Below, one piece after another: positions 8,567 to 17,899 of a stretch of 64,000 bases of DNA. The stretch's first letter is position 1. Every line of letters begins with the position of its first letter. The translations under genes and the position numbers were made by a program. Source of the stretch: Alphaproteobacteria bacterium (GTDB lineage Bacteria; Pseudomonadota; Alphaproteobacteria; SPJN01); the NCBI GenBank assembly GCA_049609145.1, contig JBMYYF010000007.1, forward strand, positions 9,823 to 73,822, written 5' to 3'. The notes under the pieces were generated by a model. The model had not been told where the DNA came from, searched no databases, and was given only the letters and a program-made list of their open reading frames with translations.

Positions 8567-9577
8567 ATGCGGCGTGCACTATTTCTGGGTCTTGCGACTG
8601 CGATGATCTCCACCGGGGCTTTTGCCCAAACGCTGGAACACACCAAAAAGATCGACAATGTCGCCTGCGGCGTTAGCCAAGGGTTGCCCGGTTTTTCCAG
8701 CCCGGATGATCAAGGCAACTGGACCGGGATTGATGTGGATGTGTGTCGTGCCGTCGCTGCCGCTATTTTTGGCGATGCCGACAAAGTGAAATATCGGCCC
8801 ACTTCGGCGAAGGAACGGTTCACCGCCCTGCATTCTGGGGAGTTCGATATTCTGTCGCGTAACACCACTTGGTCACTGACCCGCGACACCGCCCAATCAC
8901 TCGATTTCGTGACCGTGAACTATTACGACGGGCAGGGCTTTATGGTGCGCAAGGATTTGGGCGTAACCTCCGCTAAGGAGCTTGATGGCGCTACCTTGTG
9001 CATTAATGCAGGAACCACGACAGAGCTGAACGCGGCAGATTATTTCCGTACCAACGGCATGACGTTTGAGGCAGTTACGTTCGAGAAATCTGATGAGGTT
9101 GTCGCCGCCTATGATGCGGGCCGCTGCGATGTATGGACGACGGATCAATCCGGCCTTTATGCCAATCGGGTAAAGCTGGCAAACCCGACTGAACATACTG
9201 TGTTGCCGGAAGTCATTTCCAAAGAGCCGCTTGGCCCGGCAGTGCGCCAAGGCGATACGCAATGGGCCGATATCGTGCGGTGGAGTGTGTTTGCCATGGT
9301 CGCCGCGGAAGAATTCGGCATCACCGCCGCAAATGTAGATCAAATGCGCGATACGTCTAAAAATCCAGAGGTGCGTCGTCTGTTGGGTGTTGAAGGCAAA
9401 ATGGGTCGCAAGCTCGCGCTGCCGGATGATTGGGCCTATCAGATCATCAAGCAGGTTGGCAATTATGGGGAAAGCTTTGAACGCAATGTTGGCAAAGGCT
9501 CCCCGCTGGAAATTTCCCGCGGCTTGAATGCTCAATGGAACAAAGGCGGCTTAATGTATGCGCCGCCCGTTCGGTAA
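8567..9577 (+). CDS. aapJ: general L-amino acid ABC transporter substrate-binding protein
   Basis: Signal peptide MRRALFLGLATAMISTGAFA-QT, then a periplasmic binding protein fold with 'GFSSPDDQGNWTGIDVDVCRAVAAA', typical of AapJ/BztA. Confidence 0.8.
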   Translation: MRRALFLGLATAMISTGAFAQTLEHTKKIDNVACGVSQGLPGFSSPDDQGNWTGIDVDVCRAVAAAIFGDADKVKYRPTSAKERFTALHSGEFDILSRNTTWSLTRDTAQSLDFVTVNYYDGQGFMVRKDLGVTSAKELDGATLCINAGTTTELNAADYFRTNGMTFEAVTFEKSDEVVAAYDAGRCDVWTTDQSGLYANRVKLANPTEHTVLPEVISKEPLGPAVRQGDTQWADIVRWSVFAMVAAEEFGITAANVDQMRDTSKNPEVRRLLGVEGKMGRKLALPDDWAYQIIKQVGNYGESFERNVGKGSPLEISRGLNAQWNKGGLMYAPPVR

Positions 9578-9617
9578 GGCATTAAGGCATTAAGGCATTA
9601 AGGCATTAAGGCGGTAA
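9570..9617. repeat. 8-bp tandem repeat: GGCATTAA x4, flanked by degenerate copies (TTCGGTAA, GGCGGTAA)
   Basis: Read directly: tcggTAA ggcattaa ggcattaa ggcattaa ggcattaa ggcggtaa. The first copy contains the aapJ TAA stop codon. Confidence 0.85.
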
Positions 9618-9715
9618 GTTAACACCTAATTCCGTCTCTACGGGGCTTGTGTTCATCAGCTAATGCGCACACCTTTTTGCGATCAACGCTTGTGATCAAT
9701 TAAGGGAGTGCTGCA

Positions 9716-10489
9716 ATGAGTGATCAAAAACCTGTCTGTTTGGTAGTGGGCGCAGGCGCCGGTATTGGCGGCCATGTGGGCAAGCGCTTTGCCGATGGCG
9801 GCTATCATGTGGTGCTGTGCCGCCGTTCGGATGAAGACGGGCTGAATAAGCTGGTTTCTGATATTGAGCAAGCAGGCGGCACTGCCACAGGCCGATTGGT
9901 CAATGCTGTTGAAGACCATGTGCTGGAAGATTTGGTGGCAGAGGTTGAACGCGACATCGGCTCGATTGAGGTGGTGGTGTTTAATCTCGGCGCACAGATC
10001 GGCGACAGGTCATTGGCCGACACTTCCTATAAGGCGTTTGAGCAGGGGTGGCGTATGGCGACCTTTGGGCTGTTTCGTATTGCACACGCCGTTACCCCCA
10101 AGATGGAGGCGCGTGGCCGCGGCACAATTCTTGTCACCTCTGCCACCGCGGCTGTGCGCGGCAACGCCGGGCAGCATTCCCATGCGGCGGCGGTTGGCGG
10201 GCGGCGCATGCTGTGCCAATCCCTCAATGCCGAATTTGGGCCAAAGAACATTCATGTGGCGCATATCGTGGTCGATGGGCCGGTAGAAGCACCCGATACG
10301 CTGGGCCGATTGCTGGGGCCAGAACTTTTCGAAAAACTGCTGGATGAGAAAAGCCGCGGCAAGGACGAGCTTTTGTTGCCGGCCCATATGGCTGAAACCT
10401 ATTTCCATCTGGCCCACCAGCATCGCTCCGCCTGGACGCATGAGATCGACCTACGGCCCTTCACCGATCAACCGTGGTGGAACAATTAG
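9716..10489 (+). CDS. SDR family NAD(P)-dependent oxidoreductase
   Basis: N-terminal Rossmann 'CLVVGAGAGIGGHVGKRFADGGYHVVLCRR'; 257 aa; sits between aapJ and aapQ. Confidence 0.8.
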   Translation: MSDQKPVCLVVGAGAGIGGHVGKRFADGGYHVVLCRRSDEDGLNKLVSDIEQAGGTATGRLVNAVEDHVLEDLVAEVERDIGSIEVVVFNLGAQIGDRSLADTSYKAFEQGWRMATFGLFRIAHAVTPKMEARGRGTILVTSATAAVRGNAGQHSHAAAVGGRRMLCQSLNAEFGPKNIHVAHIVVDGPVEAPDTLGRLLGPELFEKLLDEKSRGKDELLLPAHMAETYFHLAHQHRSAWTHEIDLRPFTDQPWWNN

Positions 10490-10559
10490 GGCACCAACAT
10501 TGCGCACACCGCGCGCGCCCAGCCTTGCCCAGAAGGGTGGGGTGCGCTAGGAAAAGCCC

Positions 10560-11723
10560 ATGGGGAGCCTTCTTTCACTTTGGCAGGATGAAAAGCGCCG
10601 CGCCGTGCTGCTACAGGCATTGGCGGTGGTGGCTGTTATGGGCTTTATCGGCTGGGTGGCGTCCAACACCATCAGCAATCTTGAAAAGCAAAATTTGGCC
10701 TCCGGCTTTGATTTCATGGACGAGGTGGCAGGCTTCGGCGTCACCCAAAGCCTGATCGATTATTCAGAAACCTCTACCTATGGCCGGGCCTTTTGGGTGG
10801 GGCTGCTCAACACACTACTGGTCGCAGTGGTGGGCGTGATTTTGGCCACCGTTCTGGGTTTTGTGATCGGCGTAGGGCGCTTGTCCAGCAATTGGCTGGT
10901 ACGCAATCTGTCGGCTACTTATGTGGAGCTGATCCGCAACGTGCCGCTGCTGCTGCAAATCTTCTTCTGGTATTTCGGGGTGTTGAAGCAACTGCCCAGC
11001 CCCAAGGAAAGCATTGCCCCGCTTGAAGGCGTGTTCTTGAACATACGCGGGCTTTATATGCCCCGCCCGGTGGGGGAAGAAGGCTTCGCCGTGGTGCTGA
11101 TCGTTGGCCTGTTAGCCATTATCGGCACCTTCTTTTTAATTCGGTGGGCGCGTTTGCGGCAACAGGCAACAGGGCAAACCTTTCCGGCTTTTGCCGTGGG
11201 GCTGGCCGGGGGCGCGCTGCTCGTTGGCGTCACCTATATGATCATGGGGGCACCGCTTAGCTCTGAAATGCCGCAAGCCTCACGCTTTAATGTGCGCGGG
11301 GGTATGCGCGTTGTGCCAGAATTCGTGGCGCTGGTGCTGGCGCTTTCTATCTATACTGCCAGCTTCATTGCAGAGATTGTGCGCAGCGGCATTGAAGCCG
11401 TGCCCAAAGGCCAGTGGGAAGCTGCCCAAGCCTTGGGCCTGTCGCGCGGGCGCACCTTGCGCCTTGTGGTAATCCCGCAGGCTTTGCGCGTGATCGTGCC
11501 ACCTTTAACCAGCCAGTATTTGAACCTGACCAAGAACTCATCCTTGGCGGTGGCCATTGCCTATCCCGATCTCGTGTCGGTATTTGCGGGCACCACGCTT
11601 AATCAAACCGGGCAGGCGGTTGAAATTATTGCCGTTACCATGGCGGTATATCTCACCATCTCCATTTCCACCTCGCTGGCGATGAACCGCTTTAACAGCG
11701 CCATCGCCTTGAAGGAGCGTTGA
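10560..11723 (+). CDS. aapQ: general L-amino acid ABC transporter permease
   Basis: 387-aa polytopic permease with the ABC permease EAA-like region 'EIVRSGIEAVPKGQWEAAQALGLSRGRTLRLVVIPQALRVIVPPLTSQYLNLTKNSSLAVAIAYPDL'. Confidence 0.8.
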   Translation: MGSLLSLWQDEKRRAVLLQALAVVAVMGFIGWVASNTISNLEKQNLASGFDFMDEVAGFGVTQSLIDYSETSTYGRAFWVGLLNTLLVAVVGVILATVLGFVIGVGRLSSNWLVRNLSATYVELIRNVPLLLQIFFWYFGVLKQLPSPKESIAPLEGVFLNIRGLYMPRPVGEEGFAVVLIVGLLAIIGTFFLIRWARLRQQATGQTFPAFAVGLAGGALLVGVTYMIMGAPLSSEMPQASRFNVRGGMRVVPEFVALVLALSIYTASFIAEIVRSGIEAVPKGQWEAAQALGLSRGRTLRLVVIPQALRVIVPPLTSQYLNLTKNSSLAVAIAYPDLVSVFAGTTLNQTGQAVEIIAVTMAVYLTISISTSLAMNRFNSAIALKER

Positions 11724-11725
11724 GG

Positions 11726-12796
11726 ATGACTGCGCTGAAATGGAGCCGTGAAAACCTGTTCTCAACGCCGTTCAACAGTGCGTTGACCCTGTTTGCGTTG
11801 TGGGTTGTGTGGCTGATCGTGCCCCCCGTGTTGGATTGGATGATTTTCTCCGCCATTTTTGAGGGCGATAACCGCGATGCCTGCTTGGTGCCCGGTGCCG
11901 GGGCTTGTTGGCCCTTTGTAGAGGCCAAATGGGGCCAGTTTATTTACGGGCGCTATCCCGCGGCGGAAATTTGGCGTGTTGATCTTGCCATGGGGCTGGG
12001 CGCTTTCCTGCTGCTGTGGGCCGCATGGGAACGCTTACCCCTGCTTAACAAATATCGGCGCTTCGCTGTCGTCAGCCTGTTGCTGCCTTATCCAATCCTT
12101 ACCTTCTGGCTGCTGTCCGGCGGCATGGGGCTGGAACCCGTATCAACCGATTTGTGGGGCGGTTTGCTGGTGACACTGGTGGTCGCAATCACCGGCATTG
12201 CCGCCAGCCTGCCACTGGGCATTTTGCTGGCATTGGCGCGGCGCTCTCACCTGCCGGTACTGCGCTGGATGTCTATTGCCTTTATCGAATTTTGGCGCGG
12301 CGTGCCGTTGATCACGGTGTTGTTTATGGCGTCTGTCATGCTGCCGCTGTTTTTGCCCGAAGGTGTCACCTTCGATAAATTGCTGCGCTGCCTGATCGGC
12401 GTGGCCTTGTTTGCCAGCGCCTATATGGCAGAGGTGATCCGTGGCGGCCTGCAAGCGATACCCAAAGGCCAGTTCGAGGCGGCAGAGGCTATGGGCCTGA
12501 CCTATACCCAATCCATGCGGTTGATTGTGCTGCCCCAAGCTCTGCGGATGGTTATTCCCGGTATCGTCAACACCTTTATCGGCCTGTTCAAGGATACCAC
12601 GCTGGTGCTGATCATCGGCCTGTTTGATTTGCTGGGGATTATTCAGCTTCACTTTACCGATGCCGGATGGGCCACGCCCCAAACCCATAATACAGGCTAT
12701 GCGGTGGCCGCGATGATCTTCTGGATTTTCTGCTTCGGCATGTCGCGCTATTCGCAAAATATTGAAAACCGCCTTAAAGAAGCGCAAGAGAGATAG
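11726..12796 (+). CDS. aapM: general L-amino acid ABC transporter permease
   Basis: ATG at 11726 follows the aapQ TGA by 2 nt, with GAAGGAG SD at 11711-11717. Permease motif '[58 protein letters not shown]'. The ORF-track start at 11720 is a TTG. Confidence 0.8.
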   Translation: MTALKWSRENLFSTPFNSALTLFALWVVWLIVPPVLDWMIFSAIFEGDNRDACLVPGAGACWPFVEAKWGQFIYGRYPAAEIWRVDLAMGLGAFLLLWAAWERLPLLNKYRRFAVVSLLLPYPILTFWLLSGGMGLEPVSTDLWGGLLVTLVVAITGIAASLPLGILLALARRSHLPVLRWMSIAFIEFWRGVPLITVLFMASVMLPLFLPEGVTFDKLLRCLIGVALFASAYMAEVIRGGLQAIPKGQFEAAEAMGLTYTQSMRLIVLPQALRMVIPGIVNTFIGLFKDTTLVLIIGLFDLLGIIQLHFTDAGWATPQTHNTGYAVAAMIFWIFCFGMSRYSQNIENRLKEAQER

Positions 12797-12797
12797 A

Positions 12798-13538
12798 ATG
12801 ACAAACACAGCTATCCACATTGAAGGCTTGAACAAATGGTTCGGCGACTTTCATGTGCTGAAGGATATTGATCTGGATGTGACGCGCGGCGAACGGATTG
12901 TGATTTGCGGGCCATCCGGCTCTGGCAAGTCTACCTTGATCCGCTGCATCAATCGGCTGGAAGTGCATCAAAAAGGCAAGATCGTTGTTGATGGGACAGA
13001 ACTTACCGGCAATCTCAAAAACATTGAGGAAGTGCGCCGCGATGTTGGCATGGTGTTTCAGCACTTCAACCTGTTTCCCCACCTCACTATTTTGGAAAAT
13101 CTGACACTCGCGCCACTATGGGTGAAGAAGCAACCAAAGGCAGAGGCCGAGCAGATTGCCCGGCATTATCTGGAACGCGTGCGCATTCCCGATCAGGCCG
13201 ATAAATATCCCGGCCAGCTTTCCGGCGGCCAGCAGCAACGCGTGGCGATTGCGCGGTCTCTTTGCATGTCGCCGCGCATCATGTTGTTTGATGAACCCAC
13301 CTCCGCCCTTGATCCCGAAATGATCAAGGAGGTGCTGGATGTGATGATAGAGCTAGCCGATGAAGACGGCATGACCATGCTATGCGTGACCCATGAAATG
13401 GCCTTTGCGCGGCAGGTGGCAGATCGCGTTATCTTCATGGATGAAGGGCGCATCGTAGAACAAGCCCCGCCAGAGCAATTTTTTGCCCATCCGGAACACC
13501 CACGCACGCAGGAATTCCTCAGCCAGATTATGGATTAG
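12798..13538 (+). CDS. aapP: general L-amino acid ABC transporter ATP-binding protein
   Basis: ATG at 12798, 1 nt after the aapM TAG. Walker A 'GPSGSGKST', signature '[15 protein letters not shown]', Walker B '[12 protein letters not shown]'. Confidence 0.85.
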   Translation: MTNTAIHIEGLNKWFGDFHVLKDIDLDVTRGERIVICGPSGSGKSTLIRCINRLEVHQKGKIVVDGTELTGNLKNIEEVRRDVGMVFQHFNLFPHLTILENLTLAPLWVKKQPKAEAEQIARHYLERVRIPDQADKYPGQLSGGQQQRVAIARSLCMSPRIMLFDEPTSALDPEMIKEVLDVMIELADEDGMTMLCVTHEMAFARQVADRVIFMDEGRIVEQAPPEQFFAHPEHPRTQEFLSQIMD

Positions 13539-13578
13539 CGCGTGAGCGCAGTCGCGCTATACTGTTTTCGCTCACGCC
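13538..13578. terminator. GC-rich hairpin downstream of aapP (stem GCGTGAGCG ... CGCTCACGC)
   Basis: Inverted repeat seen directly, 0-2 nt after the aapP stop. Followed by TTTTCG within the loop/3' arm but no clean U-tract, so intrinsic-terminator status is uncertain. Confidence 0.35.
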
Positions 13579-13683
13579 AGTTTGCTTGTGCAAACGGCTC
13601 CGCGAGGGCGGCGCATTCACCCCGCTCACCTCAGTTCGCGGGCGCGCCGGCCCGCTTTGCGGGCGTTAAATAGGGAGACTGTC

Positions 13684-14187
13684 ATGAAAGATCCAATCAT
13701 TCCAGAACGCATGGCCCCGGTGACGGATAAGGAATTTGTCATCTTCTTGATTGGTATGCGTTTCAATCGGTTGATGCAGTTTAAGAAATGGTGGTTTACG
13801 GCGCGCGCCATGCCGCGGATGATTAAAGAGCTTGAGGCAGATAAATCGCTGGGCATGATGCACGCTTACGGCGCACGATCAGGCCGTGTGGCTTTCGTGG
13901 TGCAATATTGGGAAAGCTTCGAAAAGCTCACCGCCTATGCCAGCAATCCTGATTTGGAACACAAACCTGCTTGGAACAAATTCTACAAGCTGGTGGGCCT
14001 GAACGGCGATGTTGGCATTTGGCATGAAACCTATGTGGTGAAGCCCGGCCATTCAGAAGCCATTTATGGCAATATGCCGAAGTTTGGTCTGGGCCAGTGC
14101 TTCCCGCTTGAAAAGGCCACAGGCCGTTATGGTGATGCCATCAGCCGTGTGGCTGCCAGCGGGGGTGAGGCGCAGGCGGCGGAGTAG
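13684..14187 (+). CDS. hypothetical protein (167 aa; possibly DUF4188-like)
   Basis: Start placed at ATG 13684 (MKDPIIPER...). The 34-codon upstream extension is Arg/Pro-rich and runs through the aapP terminator hairpin. No catalytic motif recognised. Confidence 0.5.
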   Translation: MKDPIIPERMAPVTDKEFVIFLIGMRFNRLMQFKKWWFTARAMPRMIKELEADKSLGMMHAYGARSGRVAFVVQYWESFEKLTAYASNPDLEHKPAWNKFYKLVGLNGDVGIWHETYVVKPGHSEAIYGNMPKFGLGQCFPLEKATGRYGDAISRVAASGGEAQAAE

Positions 14188-14235
14188 GCGTGCCGCAGTC
14201 GGTCGCGTCTCGCCGCTGAAGAATTGCTTTCTATG

Positions 14236-14622
14236 CTACTGCCCCAAGCCAATGGACACTACGCGATTGGTCTTCGGATCTACCAATACAACAAAATGAG
14301 CCGCACCTCCTATGGCGCCGGCCGCGCTGTTTTCTGCAGCAGAGATGTGGCTCAAAACAAATTGCAGATGGTCAGAGTTGCGCAGCCAATAACTTACTTT
14401 GAATTCATGATCTTCCCAGCCGATACTTTCATGCACTTGGCGCACAATCTCGCATTGGGCGGTGTAGTGATGATTGGCAAATTCCTCGCGCACTTCATTA
14501 ATGCGGGCTTGTTTCTCCGCCTCAGTAGTCGGATAGCCTTGCGCGAAGGCAATTTGCACACCGAAGATTGCAACCAGTATTGTCAAAGCGAAATGATGTA
14601 TTGCCGACATATTGCCTCTCAT
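14236..14622 (-). CDS. small secreted hypothetical protein (~125 aa)
   Basis: Minus-strand ORF has a signal peptide (ILVAIFGVQIAFA-QG) and a protein-like composition. The overlapping plus-strand ORF (14224-14643) is compositionally implausible. The region is visibly lower in GC than its flanks. Confidence 0.45.
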   Translation of the reverse strand: MRGNMSAIHHFALTILVAIFGVQIAFAQGYPTTEAEKQARINEVREEFANHHYTAQCEIVRQVHESIGWEDHEFKVSYWLRNSDHLQFVLSHISAAENSAAGAIGGAAHFVVLVDPKTNRVVSIGLGQ

Positions 14623-14881
14623 GTTTTAGGCCATACGACATGATATCCCAGATGGGACCTTACAACACCCGGAACTGTATATTTTGTTGAAAGCACTTTT
14701 TTACCTCTTTCACTTGGGCCAAGCCTGTCGTGCTCCCTTCAATCTGCGCCGCCTGCTTGAGGGTGCCGAGCGAAGTTGGATTGTTGCTCCGGGGTGGGGC
14801 GGCCAGCAGTTCAATTTCTGAATCTTCTGTTGCCGGTAGGGCGGGTTGCACCCTGCCGTTCAGTTCATAGAGCGGCGGGCC

Positions 14882-15889
14882 CTAACCCCTCGCATCCACA
14901 ACGCCGCCAACCAAATTCTGCGCCAGCAGGGCTTCACTCGTTAGGCCTTCGCCACTTATCTTCGCGACCAAAATTTGTGGCAGCGCCGCCAACCACGCTT
15001 GCTGGGTTTTTAGGGCGTCGACCGCCTTCGCCATGGTGGTTGCTTCAAATCGCAACGTCGCTCCCGGCAAAGATTGCGCGGCGAAGGGAATATCAGCCGT
15101 CGCCATTACGGCAATTTTGGGATAGCCGCCCGTCGTTTGCCGATCTGCCATGAGCAAGATTGGTGCGCCGTTCGGCGGCACCTGAATGGCGCCGGTTACA
15201 ATCCCGTCAGACACCATGTCGCCTTCAATGGCGCGCGCAAGCTCAGGCCCATTCAGTCGATAGCCCATGCGGTCAGACCGGGGGGAGATTTCATAGGGCG
15301 TTTGTGTCAGCGCGGCCCATGCCGCATCCGTAAACCAGTCTTGCTGGGGGCCGGGCAGCAGGCGCAATCGTGCAGGCGGTGTGGGCCATGCGTTTGCAGG
15401 TAATACAAAGCATTTGGGGCGGCTTGGTTGGTTGGCGACCTTCAGGTGATCTCCCGCTTTGATCGGCGGCGCTCCCAATTTGGAGCGCACATGGCTGGCG
15501 CGACTGCCCAAATGCGCGGCTGTTTGCAAGCCGCCTGCTATGGCGATGTAGCAAAAGGCAGCGGGGGCGGTGGGATGCACGTTAAGCTGTTCTCCCGCTT
15601 CCAGCACAAGGCTTTGGCTATCGCTCATTTCAACGCCGCTTGCGGTGGCTTTCAGGGCAGGTCCGGCAATGGCAATATGGGTCGGGGTCGTCGCTTCGAT
15701 GGTTAGGCCCCCTAACCCCACCTCAAGGCTTGCCATCGGCCCTTGCCCCAACAGGTGATTGGCGATGGTGAAGCTCAGCCGATCCATTGGCCCGGCGGGA
15801 GTTACGCCATAGCGCTGGTAGCCGAAGCGCCCTGCATCTTGCACGCTGACCAGCGGCCCGGCTTTTGCGATGTGCAGCAGACCGCTCAT
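14882..15889 (-). CDS. pxpC: 5-oxoprolinase subunit C (allophanate hydrolase subunit 2 / KipA family)
   Basis: 335 aa, cyclophilin-like AHS2 domain ('GAIQVPPNGAPILLMADRQTTGGYPKIAVM'). Start overlaps the pxpB stop. Confidence 0.8.
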   Translation of the reverse strand: MSGLLHIAKAGPLVSVQDAGRFGYQRYGVTPAGPMDRLSFTIANHLLGQGPMASLEVGLGGLTIEATTPTHIAIAGPALKATASGVEMSDSQSLVLEAGEQLNVHPTAPAAFCYIAIAGGLQTAAHLGSRASHVRSKLGAPPIKAGDHLKVANQPSRPKCFVLPANAWPTPPARLRLLPGPQQDWFTDAAWAALTQTPYEISPRSDRMGYRLNGPELARAIEGDMVSDGIVTGAIQVPPNGAPILLMADRQTTGGYPKIAVMATADIPFAAQSLPGATLRFEATTMAKAVDALKTQQAWLAALPQILVAKISGEGLTSEALLAQNLVGGVVDARG

Positions 15890-16569
15890 GATCTTTCCAT
15901 GTCGTGAAAGGTAGCAAGGTCTATTTCTTCAAAGCAAATGGTGTCGCCGGGCTGTGGGTATTCATGCTCTCCCATGGTGGGGGCCCAGATGGGGCTGGGG
16001 GTGCGGCCCAACACATACCAACCGCTCGGCATCTCGACGGTGGAGATTAGGCCTTGCGCGCCGCCCACCATCACGCTGTTGGCGGGCACTTTCAACCGCG
16101 GTTCCTGTCGGCGGGGAATGGCAAGGGCAGGGGGTAGCCCACCCAGATAGGCGCAGCCGGGCATGAAGCCATACATATAGAGTCGATAAGTTGCGCTGCT
16201 ATGTTCGGTGATAATGTCGGCGGGATCGCGGGTTTTGAGTTTTGCGTATTCTTCCAGATCAGTTTCCAGCGCAGAACTATAACAAATAGGTATCTTCCAG
16301 TTTTTAACGTCAGTTTTTGCTTGCTGATTATTCTGCAAAAGCGGGGATATATGTGCAGATAATTGCGCAATGTCGGTGACAAGGGGATCGAAATGAACAA
16401 GCAATGCCCGGTAGGTCGGCACGGTTTCTGTCATGCCAGCGGGCGGGCTTGCGGCAAGCGTGGCGTCCAGTGCCAACACAGCGTCATGGGTGTTGGGCGA
16501 AATTTCGTTGTGAAATTCGATACTTAGCGCCGAATCACCCAGCGGGACTATGCGGGGAGAGGAGCTCAT
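15886..16569 (-). CDS. pxpB: 5-oxoprolinase subunit B (allophanate hydrolase subunit 1 / KipI family)
   Basis: 227 aa with AHS1 motifs ('YRALLVHFDP', 'GFMPGCAYLGGLPPAL'). Overlaps pxpA and pxpC by 4 nt each. Confidence 0.8.
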   Translation of the reverse strand: MSSSPRIVPLGDSALSIEFHNEISPNTHDAVLALDATLAASPPAGMTETVPTYRALLVHFDPLVTDIAQLSAHISPLLQNNQQAKTDVKNWKIPICYSSALETDLEEYAKLKTRDPADIITEHSSATYRLYMYGFMPGCAYLGGLPPALAIPRRQEPRLKVPANSVMVGGAQGLISTVEMPSGWYVLGRTPSPIWAPTMGEHEYPQPGDTICFEEIDLATFHDMERS

Positions 16570-17336
16570 GCAAATGCCCGTATTGAAACGCCATTGTTTT
16601 CAAGGGTTTGGCGAATTTTCCGGGCCATCTCCACCGCGACTTCTGTGTCGCCATGCACACAGATCGAGTCGAATTTAACGGCAAGCGGGTTTCCATAAAT
16701 ATCTGATATTGTTGAACTATTTACAGCTTCTAAAACACGTTGGGCGATCTTTGCCGGGTCATGCAGAACCGCACCGGGCGTGCTGCGCGGGGCGAGTGTG
16801 CCATTGGGTAGGTAGGCGCGGTCGGCGAAGAATTCTCTTTTAAATTCAATACCTTGTGAGTTCGCGACAGCCTCTGCCGCACGGCCCGGCAGGCCCAGCC
16901 ACGTCAAGGCCGGGTTCACGGCTTTGATGGCCGCTGCCACAACTTGCGCAAGCTCTTGATTTTCCTCAAGAAAATTGTATAGCGCCCCATGTGCCTTCAC
17001 GTGGGTGAGGGGGTGGCTTTGTGCCTCTGCAACCCGCACCGCCAGTGCGATTTGATCTGTCAGGCTTTGCTGAAGATCGTCTGCGCTTATGGTCATTTGG
17101 TGGCGCCCAAAATTTTCCCGATCGGGATAGGAGGGGTGAGCGCCAATTCTAACCTGTTGTTTTTTAGAGGTTTTCACGACTTCCGTAAGGGTGCTTTCGT
17201 CTCCTGCATGGCCGCCACAAGCCAGATTCGCGGTGCTGACGAGGCCGAGCATGGCGGTGTCATCACCACAGCCCTCGCCTAAGTCGCAATTCAGATCTAT
17301 TGCCCGGCCTATTATTAAGTTTGTGTTGGGTTTCAT
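16566..17336 (-). CDS. pxpA: 5-oxoprolinase subunit A (LamB/YcsF family)
   Basis: 'IDLNCDLGEGCG...ANLACGGHAGD' is the LamB/YcsF signature. First gene of the pxpABC operon on the minus strand. Confidence 0.8.
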   Translation of the reverse strand: MKPNTNLIIGRAIDLNCDLGEGCGDDTAMLGLVSTANLACGGHAGDESTLTEVVKTSKKQQVRIGAHPSYPDRENFGRHQMTISADDLQQSLTDQIALAVRVAEAQSHPLTHVKAHGALYNFLEENQELAQVVAAAIKAVNPALTWLGLPGRAAEAVANSQGIEFKREFFADRAYLPNGTLAPRSTPGAVLHDPAKIAQRVLEAVNSSTISDIYGNPLAVKFDSICVHGDTEVAVEMARKIRQTLENNGVSIRAFA

Positions 17337-17421
17337 GGCGGAAAACTTGCGTTATTTTCAGGTAAAGTGCAATTTCAGCGCGAAAACCCACATAATTATG
17401 ACGTTTTGTTCACGTTTTAAC

Positions 17422-17449
17422 TTGACAAACTGACAAGAACAATATAGCA
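17422..17449 (+). promoter_or_regulatory. candidate sigma70-like promoter in the AT-rich leader of the 17.5-22.4 kb operon (TTGACA ... TATAGC) with a TGACAA direct repeat
   Basis: Perfect -35 hexamer TTGACA at 17422-17427. Best -10-like hexamer is TATAGC at 17443-17448, giving a suboptimal 15-nt spacer. TGACAA occurs twice, 9 nt apart. Confidence 0.3.
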
Positions 17450-17500
17450 ACATACAAGCACACCAAAACCCGCCCGCTTCACCCTTGCGTGGAGCCGACG

Positions 17501-17899
17501 ATGAACGACAGAATTGACCTTTGGCAGGGCCGGGATATGGCCCTCTCTTTTTCCTTGAAAGACAGCAGTGGCAATCCGGTTGATTTGACCGATGGCGGGC
17601 TTGTCTTTCGCGCCGCTGATGGCCTTGGAAATGCCCCGGTTTTTGCGCTTTCATCGGTCGATCCCTCAGAAATTTTGATGGATGCGCCTGCCGGTTCTGC
17701 GGTGGTGAATGTACCTGCCTTGGCCACGCGTGATCTGATTATTCCGGCCTCTCAATCGGGGCCGTTCGGGCCGGGGCATGGTCCGGCCCATTTGGCGCTG
17801 GATTGGGAGTTTTTGGTACATTGGGCCGATGGCCGGATGGAGCAATTGGCGCAGGATGTGCTGTTCGTCAATGCCACCGTTAATCCGGGCCAAAGCTGA
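17501..17899 (+). CDS. hypothetical protein A of a 5-gene operon (132 aa, no signal peptide)
   Basis: ATG 17501 preceded by GGAG SD at 17491-17494. Stop overlaps the next start (TGATG). No recognisable motifs. Confidence 0.55.
   Translation: MNDRIDLWQGRDMALSFSLKDSSGNPVDLTDGGLVFRAADGLGNAPVFALSSVDPSEILMDAPAGSAVVNVPALATRDLIIPASQSGPFGPGHGPAHLALDWEFLVHWADGRMEQLAQDVLFVNATVNPGQS

Noticed and set aside
9570-9617. Possible CRISPR array
   Set aside because: The units are 8 bp, strictly tandem, with no spacers, and there are no cas genes. It is a microsatellite, not CRISPR.
14224-14643. 139-aa plus-strand ORF overlapping the small secreted-protein gene
   Set aside because: Its composition is non-protein-like (Cys/His/Met-rich with no hydrophobic periodicity). 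The minus-strand ORF has a clean signal peptide, so I kept only the minus-strand call, at modest confidence.
17405-17425. CtrA box upstream of the unknown operon
   Set aside because: Only a single TTAAC half-site is present (~17417). I could find no TTAA-N7-TTAA(C) full site, so I do not claim CtrA control.
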